32,000 nt of DNA from Nanobdella aerobiophila (GCF_023169545.1 NZ_AP019769.1:90001-122000); one strand, 5' to 3'; numbered from the stretch's first letter, positions 9,448 to 19,599 are shown. The notes: generated by a model from the sequence alone, not told the origin. Numbers and translations: made by a program.

Positions 9448-10197
9448 TTATACGCTATTCAATTCATTATACTGGAAATCTAATAATGCTTGGCATAAAG
9501 GTGTCTGATCTTGATTTATATTTATTGATGGGCATATTCCATTTACATATATTTCTCCATTTTGTACAATTATGCTTAGATTTCCTGCGCAATAATTTTG
9601 ATTATAGTAATTTACTACATTTATTAAAGCTCCGAACACCTGGTTAGTTATCCAGGTTGGTATATTTCCATTACATGTAGATGGACCTGGATATAATATT
9701 GTGGAAGGTTGAGATATATATAATTCTACATTTCCATTTGAGACATTTATTTCTGTAGATGATGCATATTGACCAAATACATATTTTGTTGCTTGATTTG
9801 CATTATAATCTAGTGTATTTATATAATATTGACATTCTATATACATACAATCTAGAGGAGTTATGGAATATCCTTGATAACTACATGATTGACCATTATT
9901 AGAATTTCCATATAACTGATTTACTATTGTACATGGTACAGAATTTTCACATAAGTAATATCCAGGACTATTTTCAGTGTATCCATTTCCTATACTTACA
10001 TATTGGCTACAATAATCTATAGGATTAGAACATGCACTAGTGCATGTTGATACAGCCTGTTGAATTTCAGTATTTGATATAGTTCCAATTTTTGATGCTT
10101 GTTGAGTAAATAATTTTATTACTATTACTGCTACCACTAACATAATTAATATTACGAATATAAGTTCCACTGCCATGTCAATACCTCTTTTTTTCAT
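9448..10197 (-). CDS. Pilin-like Cys-rich secreted protein (start trimmed from the TTG at 10209 to the ATG at 10197)
   Basis: MKKRGIDMAVELIFVILIMLVVAVIVIKLF N-terminus; TTTATAAA box centred ~26 nt upstream of 10197 supports this start. Confidence 0.75.
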   Translation of the reverse strand: MKKRGIDMAVELIFVILIMLVVAVIVIKLFTQQASKIGTISNTEIQQAVSTCTSACSNPIDYCSQYVSIGNGYTENSPGYYLCENSVPCTIVNQLYGNSNNGQSCSYQGYSITPLDCMYIECQYYINTLDYNANQATKYVFGQYASSTEINVSNGNVELYISQPSTILYPGPSTCNGNIPTWITNQVFGALINVVNYYNQNYCAGNLSIIVQNGEIYVNGICPSININQDQTPLCQALLDFQYNELNSV

Positions 10198-10219
10198 ATA
10201 AATTAACAATTCTTTATAA

Positions 10220-10227
10220 TTTATAAA
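10220..10227 (-). promoter_or_regulatory. TATA-like box of the pilus-like operon, overlapping the DUF371 stop codon
   Basis: TTTATAAA centred 26.5 nt upstream of ATG 10197. Confidence 0.55.
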
Positions 10228-10631
10228 TATTTAATTATTATGTATAGATCTTTATCTTCTTTTAATAAATTTATGATATCCCTTTTAATATCTATAGAAC
10301 TTTTATTTGAATATATTGCTAATGTTCTATCATCTATAAAATTACTTTTCCTTATAATAATACTGTTTTCTGATTTAAAACTTAAATTTTTTGACCCATA
10401 TGCAATAATTTTATCAATTAAATTATCTACTTTTATTATTATCTTTATCTTTCCTTCTGATAATAAATATTCTTTCAAATCTTCCGGAATTTCACTTGCC
10501 GAAAAATTCGCATTTATACCTATAATGCAATCACCTCTCTCTGTTAAAAAATCGTCTTTTGTAACCTCTAGAGTGGATTTGTGGGTTGCCTTTATTAATC
10601 TATTTCCTTTTGCTTTTATTTCAAATTTCAT
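10221..10631 (-). CDS. DUF371 family protein
   Basis: 136 aa; ATHKSTLEVTKDDFLTERGDCIIGINA typical of archaeal DUF371. Confidence 0.85.
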   Translation of the reverse strand: MKFEIKAKGNRLIKATHKSTLEVTKDDFLTERGDCIIGINANFSASEIPEDLKEYLLSEGKIKIIIKVDNLIDKIIAYGSKNLSFKSENSIIIRKSNFIDDRTLAIYSNKSSIDIKRDIINLLKEDKDLYIIIKYL

Positions 10632-11460
10632 TTAAGTAATCTAAAATTCCTTTAACTAGATTTTTATTTAAATATTTTTCAAATCCTTCAAACTGGAATA
10701 TATTATGTATGTCAATTAAATAATAAGTATTTTCTTTTAATAATAGATCAAAAGCAAATATCTGTAGATCCATTTTTTCAGAAATTTTATATGATATTTC
10801 TTCTATTTCTTTATCAATTTTATATTCTTTTCCTCTACCGCCCTGGCTTATATTTGCTTTATAAGATTCGTTATTTATTCTTTGCATGGCACCGAAAGGT
10901 TTTCCTATGAAAATTACTCTTATGTCTTTTTCATAAGGTATATATTCTTGAAAAATTAGATGTTTTATATCCCTTTTATTTTCCAAATATTCGTCTAAAA
11001 AGTTATATAATTCTTCTTCATTATTTATCTTAAATACGAATTCACCCCTATGAATGAATTGATGTTTTACCATTATTGGAAAACTTAGCTTTTCGAGGAT
11101 GAATCTTATGTTTTTCACTGAATATATTTTATAAAATTTCGGTATCTTTATATATTTTCTTAATTTATCATAAAAAAATGTTTTACTTGCTATTTGGTTA
11201 TTTATATGTAGTTTATTTATGACATTTTTTCCATTATCATTTAAATAATTTGCTAAAATATTGGAATCATATGTGAATGTCATTCCAAGATAGAAATAAA
11301 AATTATCATATTCTAATATCTTTGTATTTTCATAAGGATATACTAGGTATTTATATGCCTCTACTATATCTATATTATTGTAACCACTTATTTCATCGTA
11401 AAATCTTTTTATTCTATAATCTTCTAAATTTTGTCTTATAAGAATCGCTATTTTTTTCAT
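10621..11460 (-). CDS. ATP-grasp (RimK/LysX-like) ligase
   Basis: 279 aa; FPIMVKHQFIHRGEFVFKI, IFQEYIPYEKDIRVIFIGKPFGAMQRI, FAFDLLLKENTYYLIDIHN. Confidence 0.75.
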   Translation of the reverse strand: MKKIAILIRQNLEDYRIKRFYDEISGYNNIDIVEAYKYLVYPYENTKILEYDNFYFYLGMTFTYDSNILANYLNDNGKNVINKLHINNQIASKTFFYDKLRKYIKIPKFYKIYSVKNIRFILEKLSFPIMVKHQFIHRGEFVFKINNEEELYNFLDEYLENKRDIKHLIFQEYIPYEKDIRVIFIGKPFGAMQRINNESYKANISQGGRGKEYKIDKEIEEISYKISEKMDLQIFAFDLLLKENTYYLIDIHNIFQFEGFEKYLNKNLVKGILDYLNEI

Positions 11461-11481
11461 TTTTTATTTACTATGTAAAAA

Positions 11482-11490
11482 AGATATAAG
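11482..11490. promoter_or_regulatory. Single near-symmetric TATA-like element shared by divergent rpoH (+) and ATP-grasp gene (-)
   Basis: AGATATAAG; centre ~25-26 nt from both ATG 11512 (+) and ATG 11460 (-). Confidence 0.6.
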
Positions 11491-11511
11491 CTTTTTTATG
11501 AATAAAGTTAT

Positions 11512-11814
11512 ATGGCTTCTTCTAAGAATAGTCGAAAGTCTCATAAAAAATCCGTTCCTAAAAAAACAAGAGATCTAAATGAAGTAGATATATCAAAACA
11601 TTATTTGGTACCAAAACACGAAAAGATAGATGAGCAAGAGAAGCAAGAATTATTAAGGAATTATAATATAAAGCTATCTGATTTACCAAGAATAAAAATT
11701 TCTGATCCAGCTATAAGAAAATTAGAAGTTAAACCAGGGGATGTTATAAAGATTATTAGAGATTCACCTACTGCCGGAGAGAGTATATATTATAGGGTTG
11801 TGATTGAGGATTAA
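11512..11814 (+). CDS. rpoH: DNA-directed RNA polymerase subunit H (Rpb5-like)
   Basis: HYLVPKHEKIDEQEKQELLRNYNIKLSDLPRIKISDPAIRKLEVKPGDVIKIIRDSPTAGESIYYRVV. Confidence 0.95.
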   Translation: MASSKNSRKSHKKSVPKKTRDLNEVDISKHYLVPKHEKIDEQEKQELLRNYNIKLSDLPRIKISDPAIRKLEVKPGDVIKIIRDSPTAGESIYYRVVIED

Positions 11815-11836
11815 ACTTATAAAAACGTATTATAAA

Positions 11837-13354
11837 ATGAATAATGTGGATAAAAATAAAGACAAGTATATACTTTTATATAAATACCTTGATGAAAACC
11901 AATTGCTGAACATACATCTCAGATCCTTCGAGTATTTCGCGGATGTAGAAATGACAGAGATAGGGAAAAAGTTGGGCGTATTCTCTCCAAGGATATTGCC
12001 TTCTGGTTTAAGAGATCTACAATTTAAGATAGATAAGATATGGTTGAGTAAGGCAGATTTTATGGAAAAAGAAGGAGTTCCAAGGTTAATATATCCAAAT
12101 GAAGCATTAATTAGGAATATAACCTATTCTGGAATGGTTTATATGGAATTTTCAGTATTTGAGAATGAATCGTATAAGACTAAATACCAGGTTAGTATTG
12201 GAAGGTTACCAATCATGATAAGATCAAAATATTGTAATACATATGGATTATCTGAAGAAGAATTAATAAAATTAGGTGAAGATCCTACAGACAGAGGTGG
12301 ATATTTTATAATAAATGGTAGTGAAAAAGTTATAATATTATCAGAAGAATTATCTACAAATAGATTTTATGTCCAAGAAGCTAATAGTCCAGTAAAATAT
12401 AGTGGATATTTACTATCGGAAGCTGTTACATTACAATCTTCACATAGGATGGAATTAATGAAAGATGGAATATTATATATCTCATTTGAAAGATATAAAA
12501 GAATACCATTAATTCCATTAATAAAGGCTTTAGGATTATCAAAAGATTCGGAAATTGCACAATTGATAAATGAGGATGACAATTTTGAAGAGACATTTAT
12601 TAATCTATTGGAATATCAAGATATGAATGAAATAGATGATAATATTAGATTCTTAGCAGATAGATTGAGATTAACAGGTAATTTTGATGTAAAAAAAGAG
12701 AAATTATTGGGAATTTTAGATTCAAAATTATTACCTCATGTAGGTACTGAACCAAAAGATAGATTATGGAAGGCATATAATTTAGCTAAGATGGCGAGAA
12801 AAATATTATTATTAGCCCACGGAAAGATAAAAGAGGATATAAAAGATCACTTTTCTAATAAGGTAGTGAGGACTCCTGGAGAATTATTAAGAGAAATGTT
12901 CCTTATAACATTAAAAACAATAATGAATGATGCGATGTACCAATATGAGAGGTTAATCAGAAGGGGAAGAGTGCCTCCATATAATTCTATATTTAGATCA
13001 AAGATATTTAGTGAAAGATTTGAGTCTGCTATGGGTACTGGAAAATGGACTAGGAATAGAAATGGTATAGCTCAATCATTAGATAGAACAAATAAAATTG
13101 CTGTTTTATCCCATCTTACTAGAGTATTTTCGTCCATATCCGAAGAAGCAGAATTATTAGAAGCTAGAATGGTTCATGGTACTCATTGGGGAAGATTAGA
13201 TTTAATTGAAACTCCAGAGGGTCATGAAACAGGATTAAGAAAGAATTTATCTTTATTGTCTAAGATTAGTTTTGAAGAAGTAGATAGAGATAATTTAATA
13301 AAGAGTTTGGAAAGTATAGGATTAAGGCCAATAGTTAAAAATATTTCTAAGTAA
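11837..13354 (+). CDS. rpoB2: RNA polymerase subunit B'' (N-terminal half of B); ATG start proposed at 11837 instead of TTG at 11804
   Basis: MRSKYC, GGYFIINGSEKVII, HWGRLDLIETPEGHETGLRKNLSLL; followed directly by B'. Confidence 0.93.
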   Translation: MNNVDKNKDKYILLYKYLDENQLLNIHLRSFEYFADVEMTEIGKKLGVFSPRILPSGLRDLQFKIDKIWLSKADFMEKEGVPRLIYPNEALIRNITYSGMVYMEFSVFENESYKTKYQVSIGRLPIMIRSKYCNTYGLSEEELIKLGEDPTDRGGYFIINGSEKVIILSEELSTNRFYVQEANSPVKYSGYLLSEAVTLQSSHRMELMKDGILYISFERYKRIPLIPLIKALGLSKDSEIAQLINEDDNFEETFINLLEYQDMNEIDDNIRFLADRLRLTGNFDVKKEKLLGILDSKLLPHVGTEPKDRLWKAYNLAKMARKILLLAHGKIKEDIKDHFSNKVVRTPGELLREMFLITLKTIMNDAMYQYERLIRRGRVPPYNSIFRSKIFSERFESAMGTGKWTRNRNGIAQSLDRTNKIAVLSHLTRVFSSISEEAELLEARMVHGTHWGRLDLIETPEGHETGLRKNLSLLSKISFEEVDRDNLIKSLESIGLRPIVKNISK

Positions 13355-13364
13355 GTAAAATAAA

Positions 13365-15167
13365 ATGTCTTACGAGGTTTATCTAGATAATATATTTATA
13401 GGATACGTGGAAGATTATGAAGATTTTATCAGAGATTTTAAAGAAAAAAGGAGATCAGGTATTATACCAGAATTTGTAAATATATCTTTAGATGAAGATA
13501 GGAAAATAGTAGAGATAAACACAAGAAAAGGCAGGATTTTAAGACCTTTAATTGTAGTAAAAGATAAAAAGCCATTATTAACTAAAGAAGATATTGAAAA
13601 ATTATCTAGGGGAGAGCTGTCATGGTCAGATTTGGAAAAGATGGGTGTTATAGAATGGGTAGATCCCGAAGAAGAAGAAAATTTAAAGGTAGCGTTATAT
13701 CCAGAGGATATAAAAGATGATACGACACATTTGGAAGTTTCTTCATTAATAATATTTGGTATAGCTACATCATTAAATCCTTTCTCTAATAAAAATCAGT
13801 CTGCAAGATTAAATAGAGGGGTTAGACCGTTAAAGCAATCTCATGCTATATATTCTTTAAATTACCATAATAGATTTGATACAGATATATCTATATTATA
13901 TTATCCTCAGCAACCAATTGTAAGAACATTTTCTAATAAGATATTTCAAAAAGAGAATTTAATTGGTCAAAATGTAGTAGTAGCAGTTATGACTCAAGAT
14001 GGATATAATATAGAAGATGCATTAATAATGAGTAAAAGTTCTATAGAAAGAGGAATATTTAGATCCGTATACTTTAGATCATATGAAGTAGAAAAATTGA
14101 GATACCCCGGTGGTCTGCAGGATGAAATAGGTATTCCGGATCCATCTATAGAACTATATAGGGGGAAAGATAAATATAAATATTTGGAAGAAGATGGTAT
14201 TGTATCATTGGAATCTTATGTTTCTGCTGATGATGTTATTGTTGGTAGAACTTCTCCACCAAGGTTTTTAGGTCTGAGCTCTGAAAGTATAACTACTGGT
14301 TTAAGGAAGAAAGACTCTTCTTTAACGATGGGCGGTGGAGAAGAAGGATATGTAGATTCGGTTGTAGTTACAGAATCTCCTGATGGTAATACTTTAATAA
14401 AAATAAGAGTTAGAGATCTAAGAATACCAGAACTTGGTGATAAATTTACTGTAAGACATGGTCAAAAGGGCGTAATCGGAATGATTGTAGAGGGAACGGA
14501 TGTACCATGGTCATCTTCTGGTATTAGACCTGATATAATATTTTCTCCAGCTGGTATTCCATCTAGGGAAACTTTTGGACTATTACTAGAATTATTAGGT
14601 GGTAAGGTAGGATCATTAAATGGCAGATATGTAGACGGTACTCCTTGGTATGGTGAAGATGAAGAAGAATTAAGGAAGGAGTTATTATCTTTAGGATTTA
14701 AAGATGATGGTACTGAAACCTTATATAATCCAATTACTGGAGATGAATTTAAAGCGAAAATATTTATAGGTAGCTTATATTACCTTAGATTAAAATATAT
14801 GGCTAAAAATAAATTACAAGCAAGAGCTACAGGTCCAATAACGCTATTGACGAAACAACCAACTGAGGGAAAATCTAAAAAAGGTGGTTTGAGATTTAGT
14901 GAGATGGAAAATGAGGTACTTGCAGCTCATGGTTCTTCTATATTATTAAGAGAAATGTTCTCTTCTGATGATTCTGTAATATTTGTATGTGAATCCTGTG
15001 GTTCGCTAGCTACAGAAGATAATATAAGAAATAGATTATATTGTCCCGTTTGTGGTGAAACTGAAAAAATTTCTAAAGTAAAAGTTTCATATGGTTTTAC
15101 TTTATTATTAAAAGAATTAATTTCTATAGGTATTTGGCCAAGATTAAAGCTTGATTATAAATTCTGA
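13365..15167 (+). CDS. rpoB1: RNA polymerase subunit B' (C-terminal half of B)
   Basis: GYNIEDALIMSKSSIERGIFRS, GDKFTVRHGQKGVIGMIV, zinc motif CESCG...CPVCG. Confidence 0.95.
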   Translation: MSYEVYLDNIFIGYVEDYEDFIRDFKEKRRSGIIPEFVNISLDEDRKIVEINTRKGRILRPLIVVKDKKPLLTKEDIEKLSRGELSWSDLEKMGVIEWVDPEEEENLKVALYPEDIKDDTTHLEVSSLIIFGIATSLNPFSNKNQSARLNRGVRPLKQSHAIYSLNYHNRFDTDISILYYPQQPIVRTFSNKIFQKENLIGQNVVVAVMTQDGYNIEDALIMSKSSIERGIFRSVYFRSYEVEKLRYPGGLQDEIGIPDPSIELYRGKDKYKYLEEDGIVSLESYVSADDVIVGRTSPPRFLGLSSESITTGLRKKDSSLTMGGGEEGYVDSVVVTESPDGNTLIKIRVRDLRIPELGDKFTVRHGQKGVIGMIVEGTDVPWSSSGIRPDIIFSPAGIPSRETFGLLLELLGGKVGSLNGRYVDGTPWYGEDEEELRKELLSLGFKDDGTETLYNPITGDEFKAKIFIGSLYYLRLKYMAKNKLQARATGPITLLTKQPTEGKSKKGGLRFSEMENEVLAAHGSSILLREMFSSDDSVIFVCESCGSLATEDNIRNRLYCPVCGETEKISKVKVSYGFTLLLKELISIGIWPRLKLDYKF

Positions 15168-15169
15168 TT

Positions 15170-17833
15170 ATGGCGGATATATTTCCAAAAAGAATTTCTG
15201 AACTACAGTATTCTTTATTAAGTCCGGATACAATGAGAAAACTATCTGTTGCAAAAATAATAGTACCAGAATTATACGACGAAGATGGTACTCCGATAAG
15301 AGGAGGATTGATGGACTTACGATTAGGAGTAGTAGATCCAAGTTATGTATGTGAAACATGCGGAAAAACTGTAAATAAATGTCCAGGACACTTTGGTCAT
15401 ATAGAATTAGCAAGACCAGTAATACATCCGGAATTTATATCTACAGTTAAAGAGTTAGTAAATGTAGTTTGTCAAAATTGTGGGAGAGTAAAATTAACTA
15501 AACAAGAATATGATTTTGCAATTAAAAAAGTTGAAAGATATAGAAATAATAGAAATTGGAATTTAATGTATAAATTTATAATAAAATTTGTTTATTATAG
15601 ATCTAAAAGAAGGAGTAAATGTCCTTATTGTTCATTTGAAAATAAGAAAATAGAATTTAGAAAGCCTTATAATTTTTATATTAAAGAGGAAAATTTAGAA
15701 AGAAAAGTATATCCTACAGAAATCAGGGCAATATTTGAAAAGATAAAGGATGAGGATTTATATATACTTGGTTTTCATCCTTCATTTTCTAGACCAGAAT
15801 GGATGATATTAACAGTTTTACTAGTTCCACCTGTAACTATTAGACCTTCAATAGTACTGGAAACAGGTGAAAGATCAGAAGATGATCTAACTCATAAATT
15901 GGTAGATATTGTTAGAACTAATCAAAGGTTAAAAGAAACAATTACAACAGGTGCTCCTCAAGTAATTGTAGATGATTTATACAGTTTATTACAATACCAT
16001 ATTATTACTTACTTCAATAATACAATGCCAGGAATTCCTGTATCTGAATATAGATCTGGCAAGCCATTAAAATCTTTAGTTGAAAGAATTGTTGGTAAAG
16101 ATGGCATAATAAGGCATGATTTATTGGGTAGAAGACTTAACTTTAGTTCTAGGGCTGTAATCTCACCTGATACAAAAATAAAATCGAATGAAGTTGGTGT
16201 CCCTATATATATTGCTAAGATGTTAACAATATCAGAGAAAGTAACTAAGTGGAATATAGAAAAGATGAAGGAATATATATTAAATGGTCCAAATAAATAT
16301 CCAGGAGCTAATTATGTAGCTTCTCCAGATGGAAGAAAGAGGATTATTACTGAAGAAAATAAAGAAACTCTCGCTTCATTAATAGAGCCTGGATGGATCG
16401 TAGAAAGACATTTAATGGATGGTGATATTGTCCTATTTCTAAGATACCCATCATTACATAGATTATCAATGATGGCTCATTATGTTAAAGTATTGCCTGG
16501 AAATACATTTAGGATAAGTCCTACAGTAGTCAAACCATATAATGCAGATTTTGATGGAGATGAAATGAATTTATTTGTTCCAAGAAGCGAAGAATCAAGA
16601 GCAGAAGCCGAATTATTAGTAGAAATATCAAATAATTTTATATCTCCAAGACATGGTAATTTCGTAGCAGGTATGACTCAAGAAATGATCACGGGATTAT
16701 ATTTGATAACTCAAGATGATGTAAAATTATCATTTGGTTTAGCATCTGAACTAGTCTATATATCTAATGCAGGAGAAGAAGACTTGAAAAAATTATCAAG
16801 ATTTATAGAAAATGCTAAAAAAGAAGGAAGGGATTATCTAACAGGTAAAGAGGTAGCATCAGTATTTTTACCGGATGACTTTACAATGCAATCGGATAAA
16901 ATAGATATAAGAAATGGTTTAATAGTTGGAGGATCATTAGATTCTAGTCTCACAAAAGCAGAAAAAGGGAAATTATTTGTAGTATTATATAATTTATATG
17001 GAAAAGAATATCTTGCATCCCTACTAGAAAAATATAGTTTACTAGGTATATATTATCAATATATATTAGGATTAACATTAGCAATTTCAGATTTCGATAT
17101 ATCAGAAGAAGGTAAGAAAGAGATAGAAGAGAATATTAAAAAGACCAAAGAAAGCATAGATAAACTATATAATAGCTTTAGAAATGGAACCTTGGAGAGA
17201 GTTAGAGGGAAATCATTATTAGAAACATATGAATTAGTTTCAATGCAGCAGATAGCATCTAGTATATCTTCCATACAAGATATATTAAGGAGAGATATGA
17301 AAAAGGATACTGGTACTTATATCATGTCTATTACTGGTGCAAGAGGAGATTGGGATAATGCTGTTAGAATGGCTGGATCATTGGGTTTTCAGGCTTTTAG
17401 AGGTAAATTCGTAAATTTTGGTTATAAAGGAAGAAATTTAAGTATATTTGAAAAAGATAAATATCATCCACTATATTATGGATGGGTAATTAGTAGTTAT
17501 AGAGAAGGATTAAAACCTTGGGAAATGTTTTTCCATGCATTGCCCGGTAGAGATGCACTTATGGATACTGCTATAAGGACTGCTCAGGCAGGATATTTCT
17601 ATAGGAGGTTAGTTTTAAGTCTATATGATATACATGTAAATTCAGATCTATCTATAAAGGATTCATATGGAAGAATTGTACAGTTTTTATATGGAGACGA
17701 TGCGATTGCAGTGCATAAATCTATAAGCGGAACTTTAGATGTGAAATTATTGGCCCAAATTTTAAAAACTTCAAAAGAAAATATAGGAGATGGATCTACC
17801 AAAAAGGATAAAAGAAGAAGTAGAAAAAAGTAA
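15170..17833 (+). CDS. rpoA1: RNA polymerase subunit A'
   Basis: CETCGKTVNKCPGHFGHIELA, GKRLNFSSRAVISPD-like segment, YNADFDGDEMN catalytic loop. Confidence 0.96.
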   Translation: MADIFPKRISELQYSLLSPDTMRKLSVAKIIVPELYDEDGTPIRGGLMDLRLGVVDPSYVCETCGKTVNKCPGHFGHIELARPVIHPEFISTVKELVNVVCQNCGRVKLTKQEYDFAIKKVERYRNNRNWNLMYKFIIKFVYYRSKRRSKCPYCSFENKKIEFRKPYNFYIKEENLERKVYPTEIRAIFEKIKDEDLYILGFHPSFSRPEWMILTVLLVPPVTIRPSIVLETGERSEDDLTHKLVDIVRTNQRLKETITTGAPQVIVDDLYSLLQYHIITYFNNTMPGIPVSEYRSGKPLKSLVERIVGKDGIIRHDLLGRRLNFSSRAVISPDTKIKSNEVGVPIYIAKMLTISEKVTKWNIEKMKEYILNGPNKYPGANYVASPDGRKRIITEENKETLASLIEPGWIVERHLMDGDIVLFLRYPSLHRLSMMAHYVKVLPGNTFRISPTVVKPYNADFDGDEMNLFVPRSEESRAEAELLVEISNNFISPRHGNFVAGMTQEMITGLYLITQDDVKLSFGLASELVYISNAGEEDLKKLSRFIENAKKEGRDYLTGKEVASVFLPDDFTMQSDKIDIRNGLIVGGSLDSSLTKAEKGKLFVVLYNLYGKEYLASLLEKYSLLGIYYQYILGLTLAISDFDISEEGKKEIEENIKKTKESIDKLYNSFRNGTLERVRGKSLLETYELVSMQQIASSISSIQDILRRDMKKDTGTYIMSITGARGDWDNAVRMAGSLGFQAFRGKFVNFGYKGRNLSIFEKDKYHPLYYGWVISSYREGLKPWEMFFHALPGRDALMDTAIRTAQAGYFYRRLVLSLYDIHVNSDLSIKDSYGRIVQFLYGDDAIAVHKSISGTLDVKLLAQILKTSKENIGDGSTKKDKRRSRKK

Positions 17834-18878
17834 TAATAAAGAATTATATAGCTTAGTAGAAAATTTTTATAATAAGATGAAAATAGATCCTGGAGAACCA
17901 ATAGGTATTATCACAGCACAGTCTATAGGAGAGCCAACAACTCAGATGATATTAAGGTCTTTCCATTTCGTAGGTATTGCTCAGTCACAAGCTTCTTTAG
18001 GTCTGCCAAGATTAGTAGAAATAACAGATGCTAGAAAAAAGATGAAAGGTAGATATATGATTATAAGATTATTAGATGAATACAAAAATGATATAAAAGT
18101 TGCAGAAGATGTTGCTAAAAAATTAAAGGAATTATTACTAGAGGATTTAATACAGGAGGTTTCTATTGATATATTTGAGAATAAGATTATAATAGAATTA
18201 GATGAAAATAAAATGAATATGGAGGATATAAACAAAACAGAACTGATAAAGTTATTAAAGAAGAGATTAAAAAGATATACAGTAAACTCAGATAACAATA
18301 TTGTGGAAGTTATTTTGAAGAAAGGGAAACCAAGTGAATTATATTTATTAAAAGACAATATTAAAAAAATGCTAATAAAAGGAATAAAAGGAATAAAAGA
18401 TGTAACTATTTCTCAGGAAAATAATGAATATATATTATATGCTATTGGGTCTAATCTACAGGAGGTTATGAAAATACCTGAAGTAGATTATACGAAAGTT
18501 TATACGAATGATATAAAAGAAATAGAAAAAATATTAGGTATTGAAGCTGCTAGAAATGCTATATTTAATGAGATAAAGAAATTATATAATGATCAAGGAT
18601 TAAATGTAGATAATAGGCATTTTATGCTATTAGCAGATGTATTGACATGGTATGGATCATATTTAGGAATAAATAGATATGGTTTACATGCGGAAAAGGA
18701 TTCTGTATTATCAAAGGCAGCTTTTGAGACACCAATACCTATATTTATGAGAGCATCAATGATGGGAGAATCTGATCCTGTATTATCTAGTATAGATAAT
18801 ATTATAATAAATCAGCCAATATTCTTAGGAACTGGTCTATATAATATATTTTATCAGGCTCCTAAAAATAAAGAATAA
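17790..18878 (+). CDS. rpoA2: RNA polymerase subunit A''
   Basis: GEPIGIITAQSIGEPTTQMILRSFHFVG, LPRLVEITDARK; 44-bp overlap with rpoA1. Confidence 0.95.
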   Translation: MDLPKRIKEEVEKSNNKELYSLVENFYNKMKIDPGEPIGIITAQSIGEPTTQMILRSFHFVGIAQSQASLGLPRLVEITDARKKMKGRYMIIRLLDEYKNDIKVAEDVAKKLKELLLEDLIQEVSIDIFENKIIIELDENKMNMEDINKTELIKLLKKRLKRYTVNSDNNIVEVILKKGKPSELYLLKDNIKKMLIKGIKGIKDVTISQENNEYILYAIGSNLQEVMKIPEVDYTKVYTNDIKEIEKILGIEAARNAIFNEIKKLYNDQGLNVDNRHFMLLADVLTWYGSYLGINRYGLHAEKDSVLSKAAFETPIPIFMRASMMGESDPVLSSIDNIIINQPIFLGTGLYNIFYQAPKNKE

Positions 18879-18903
18879 AAATATTTTTTGTAATTCTATT
18901 TAG

Positions 18904-19176
18904 ATGGTCAGTTTTGATGATATAAGAAGAGGGTTAAATGATATAAATAATAAAATAATTATAGGTACTGAAGAAACTATAAAGATGATAAAAAATAATA
19001 AAATAGAAAAGGTCTTTTTAGCTAAAAATGTACCAGAAGACACAAAGAAGGATATAGAATACTACTCGAAATTGTCGAATTTTGAAATAGAATATCTAAA
19101 CTATACAAATGAAGAGATTGGTATTCTATTGAAAAAGCCATTTAAAATTTCCGTTATATCTATAATAAATGGGTAA
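18904..19176 (+). CDS. rpl30e: Ribosomal protein eL30
   Basis: 90 aa; position after rpoA'' and L30e-like [28 protein letters not shown]. Confidence 0.85.
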   Translation: MVSFDDIRRGLNDINNKIIIGTEETIKMIKNNKIEKVFLAKNVPEDTKKDIEYYSKLSNFEIEYLNYTNEEIGILLKKPFKISVISIING

Positions 19177-19597
19177 TGGTTTATATGCTGCAAAGAAATT
19201 AATAGAAAATAGGAAAAAATTTAGATGGAGTAAAAAAGATTGGAAAAAGAGAGTATTAAGATTAAAAGAAAAATATGATCCTTTTGAAGGATCTCCAATG
19301 GCATCTGGAATTGTACTAGAAAAGGTTCAAATTGAAAAAAGACAGCCATATTCTGGTATGATAAAATGTATAAGGGTTCAATTAAAGAAAAATGGTAAGG
19401 TAATTACTGCATTTGCTCCTGGAGATAAGGCTATAAAATATATAGACGAGCATGATGAAGTATTATTAGTCGGTATAGGAGGACCAAAAGGTAGAACTAT
19501 TGGTTCGATTCCAGGAGTTAGATATAAGGTTGTTCTAGTTAATGGACAACCATTAAGATTATTAAGATCTGGTAAAATAGAAAAAGCAAGAAGGTAA
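19169..19597 (+). CDS. rps12: Ribosomal protein uS12
   Basis: [44 protein letters not shown]. Confidence 0.97.
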   Translation: MGNGLYAAKKLIENRKKFRWSKKDWKKRVLRLKEKYDPFEGSPMASGIVLEKVQIEKRQPYSGMIKCIRVQLKKNGKVITAFAPGDKAIKYIDEHDEVLLVGIGGPKGRTIGSIPGVRYKVVLVNGQPLRLLRSGKIEKARR

Positions 19598-19599
19598 AG

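Noticed and set aside
10240-10635. 131-aa plus ORF
   Set aside because: Antisense to DUF371, which has clear family motifs.
11837-15167. Split rpoB as a nanoarchaeal oddity
   Set aside because: The B''/B' split is at the place seen in many archaea (e.g. methanogens and halophiles), so it is not novel here.
17599-17901. 100-aa minus ORF across the rpoA'/rpoA'' overlap
   Set aside because: Antisense to well-conserved RNA polymerase coding sequence.
17981-18358. 125-aa minus ORF
   Set aside because: Antisense to rpoA''; composition is typical of a reverse-complement shadow.
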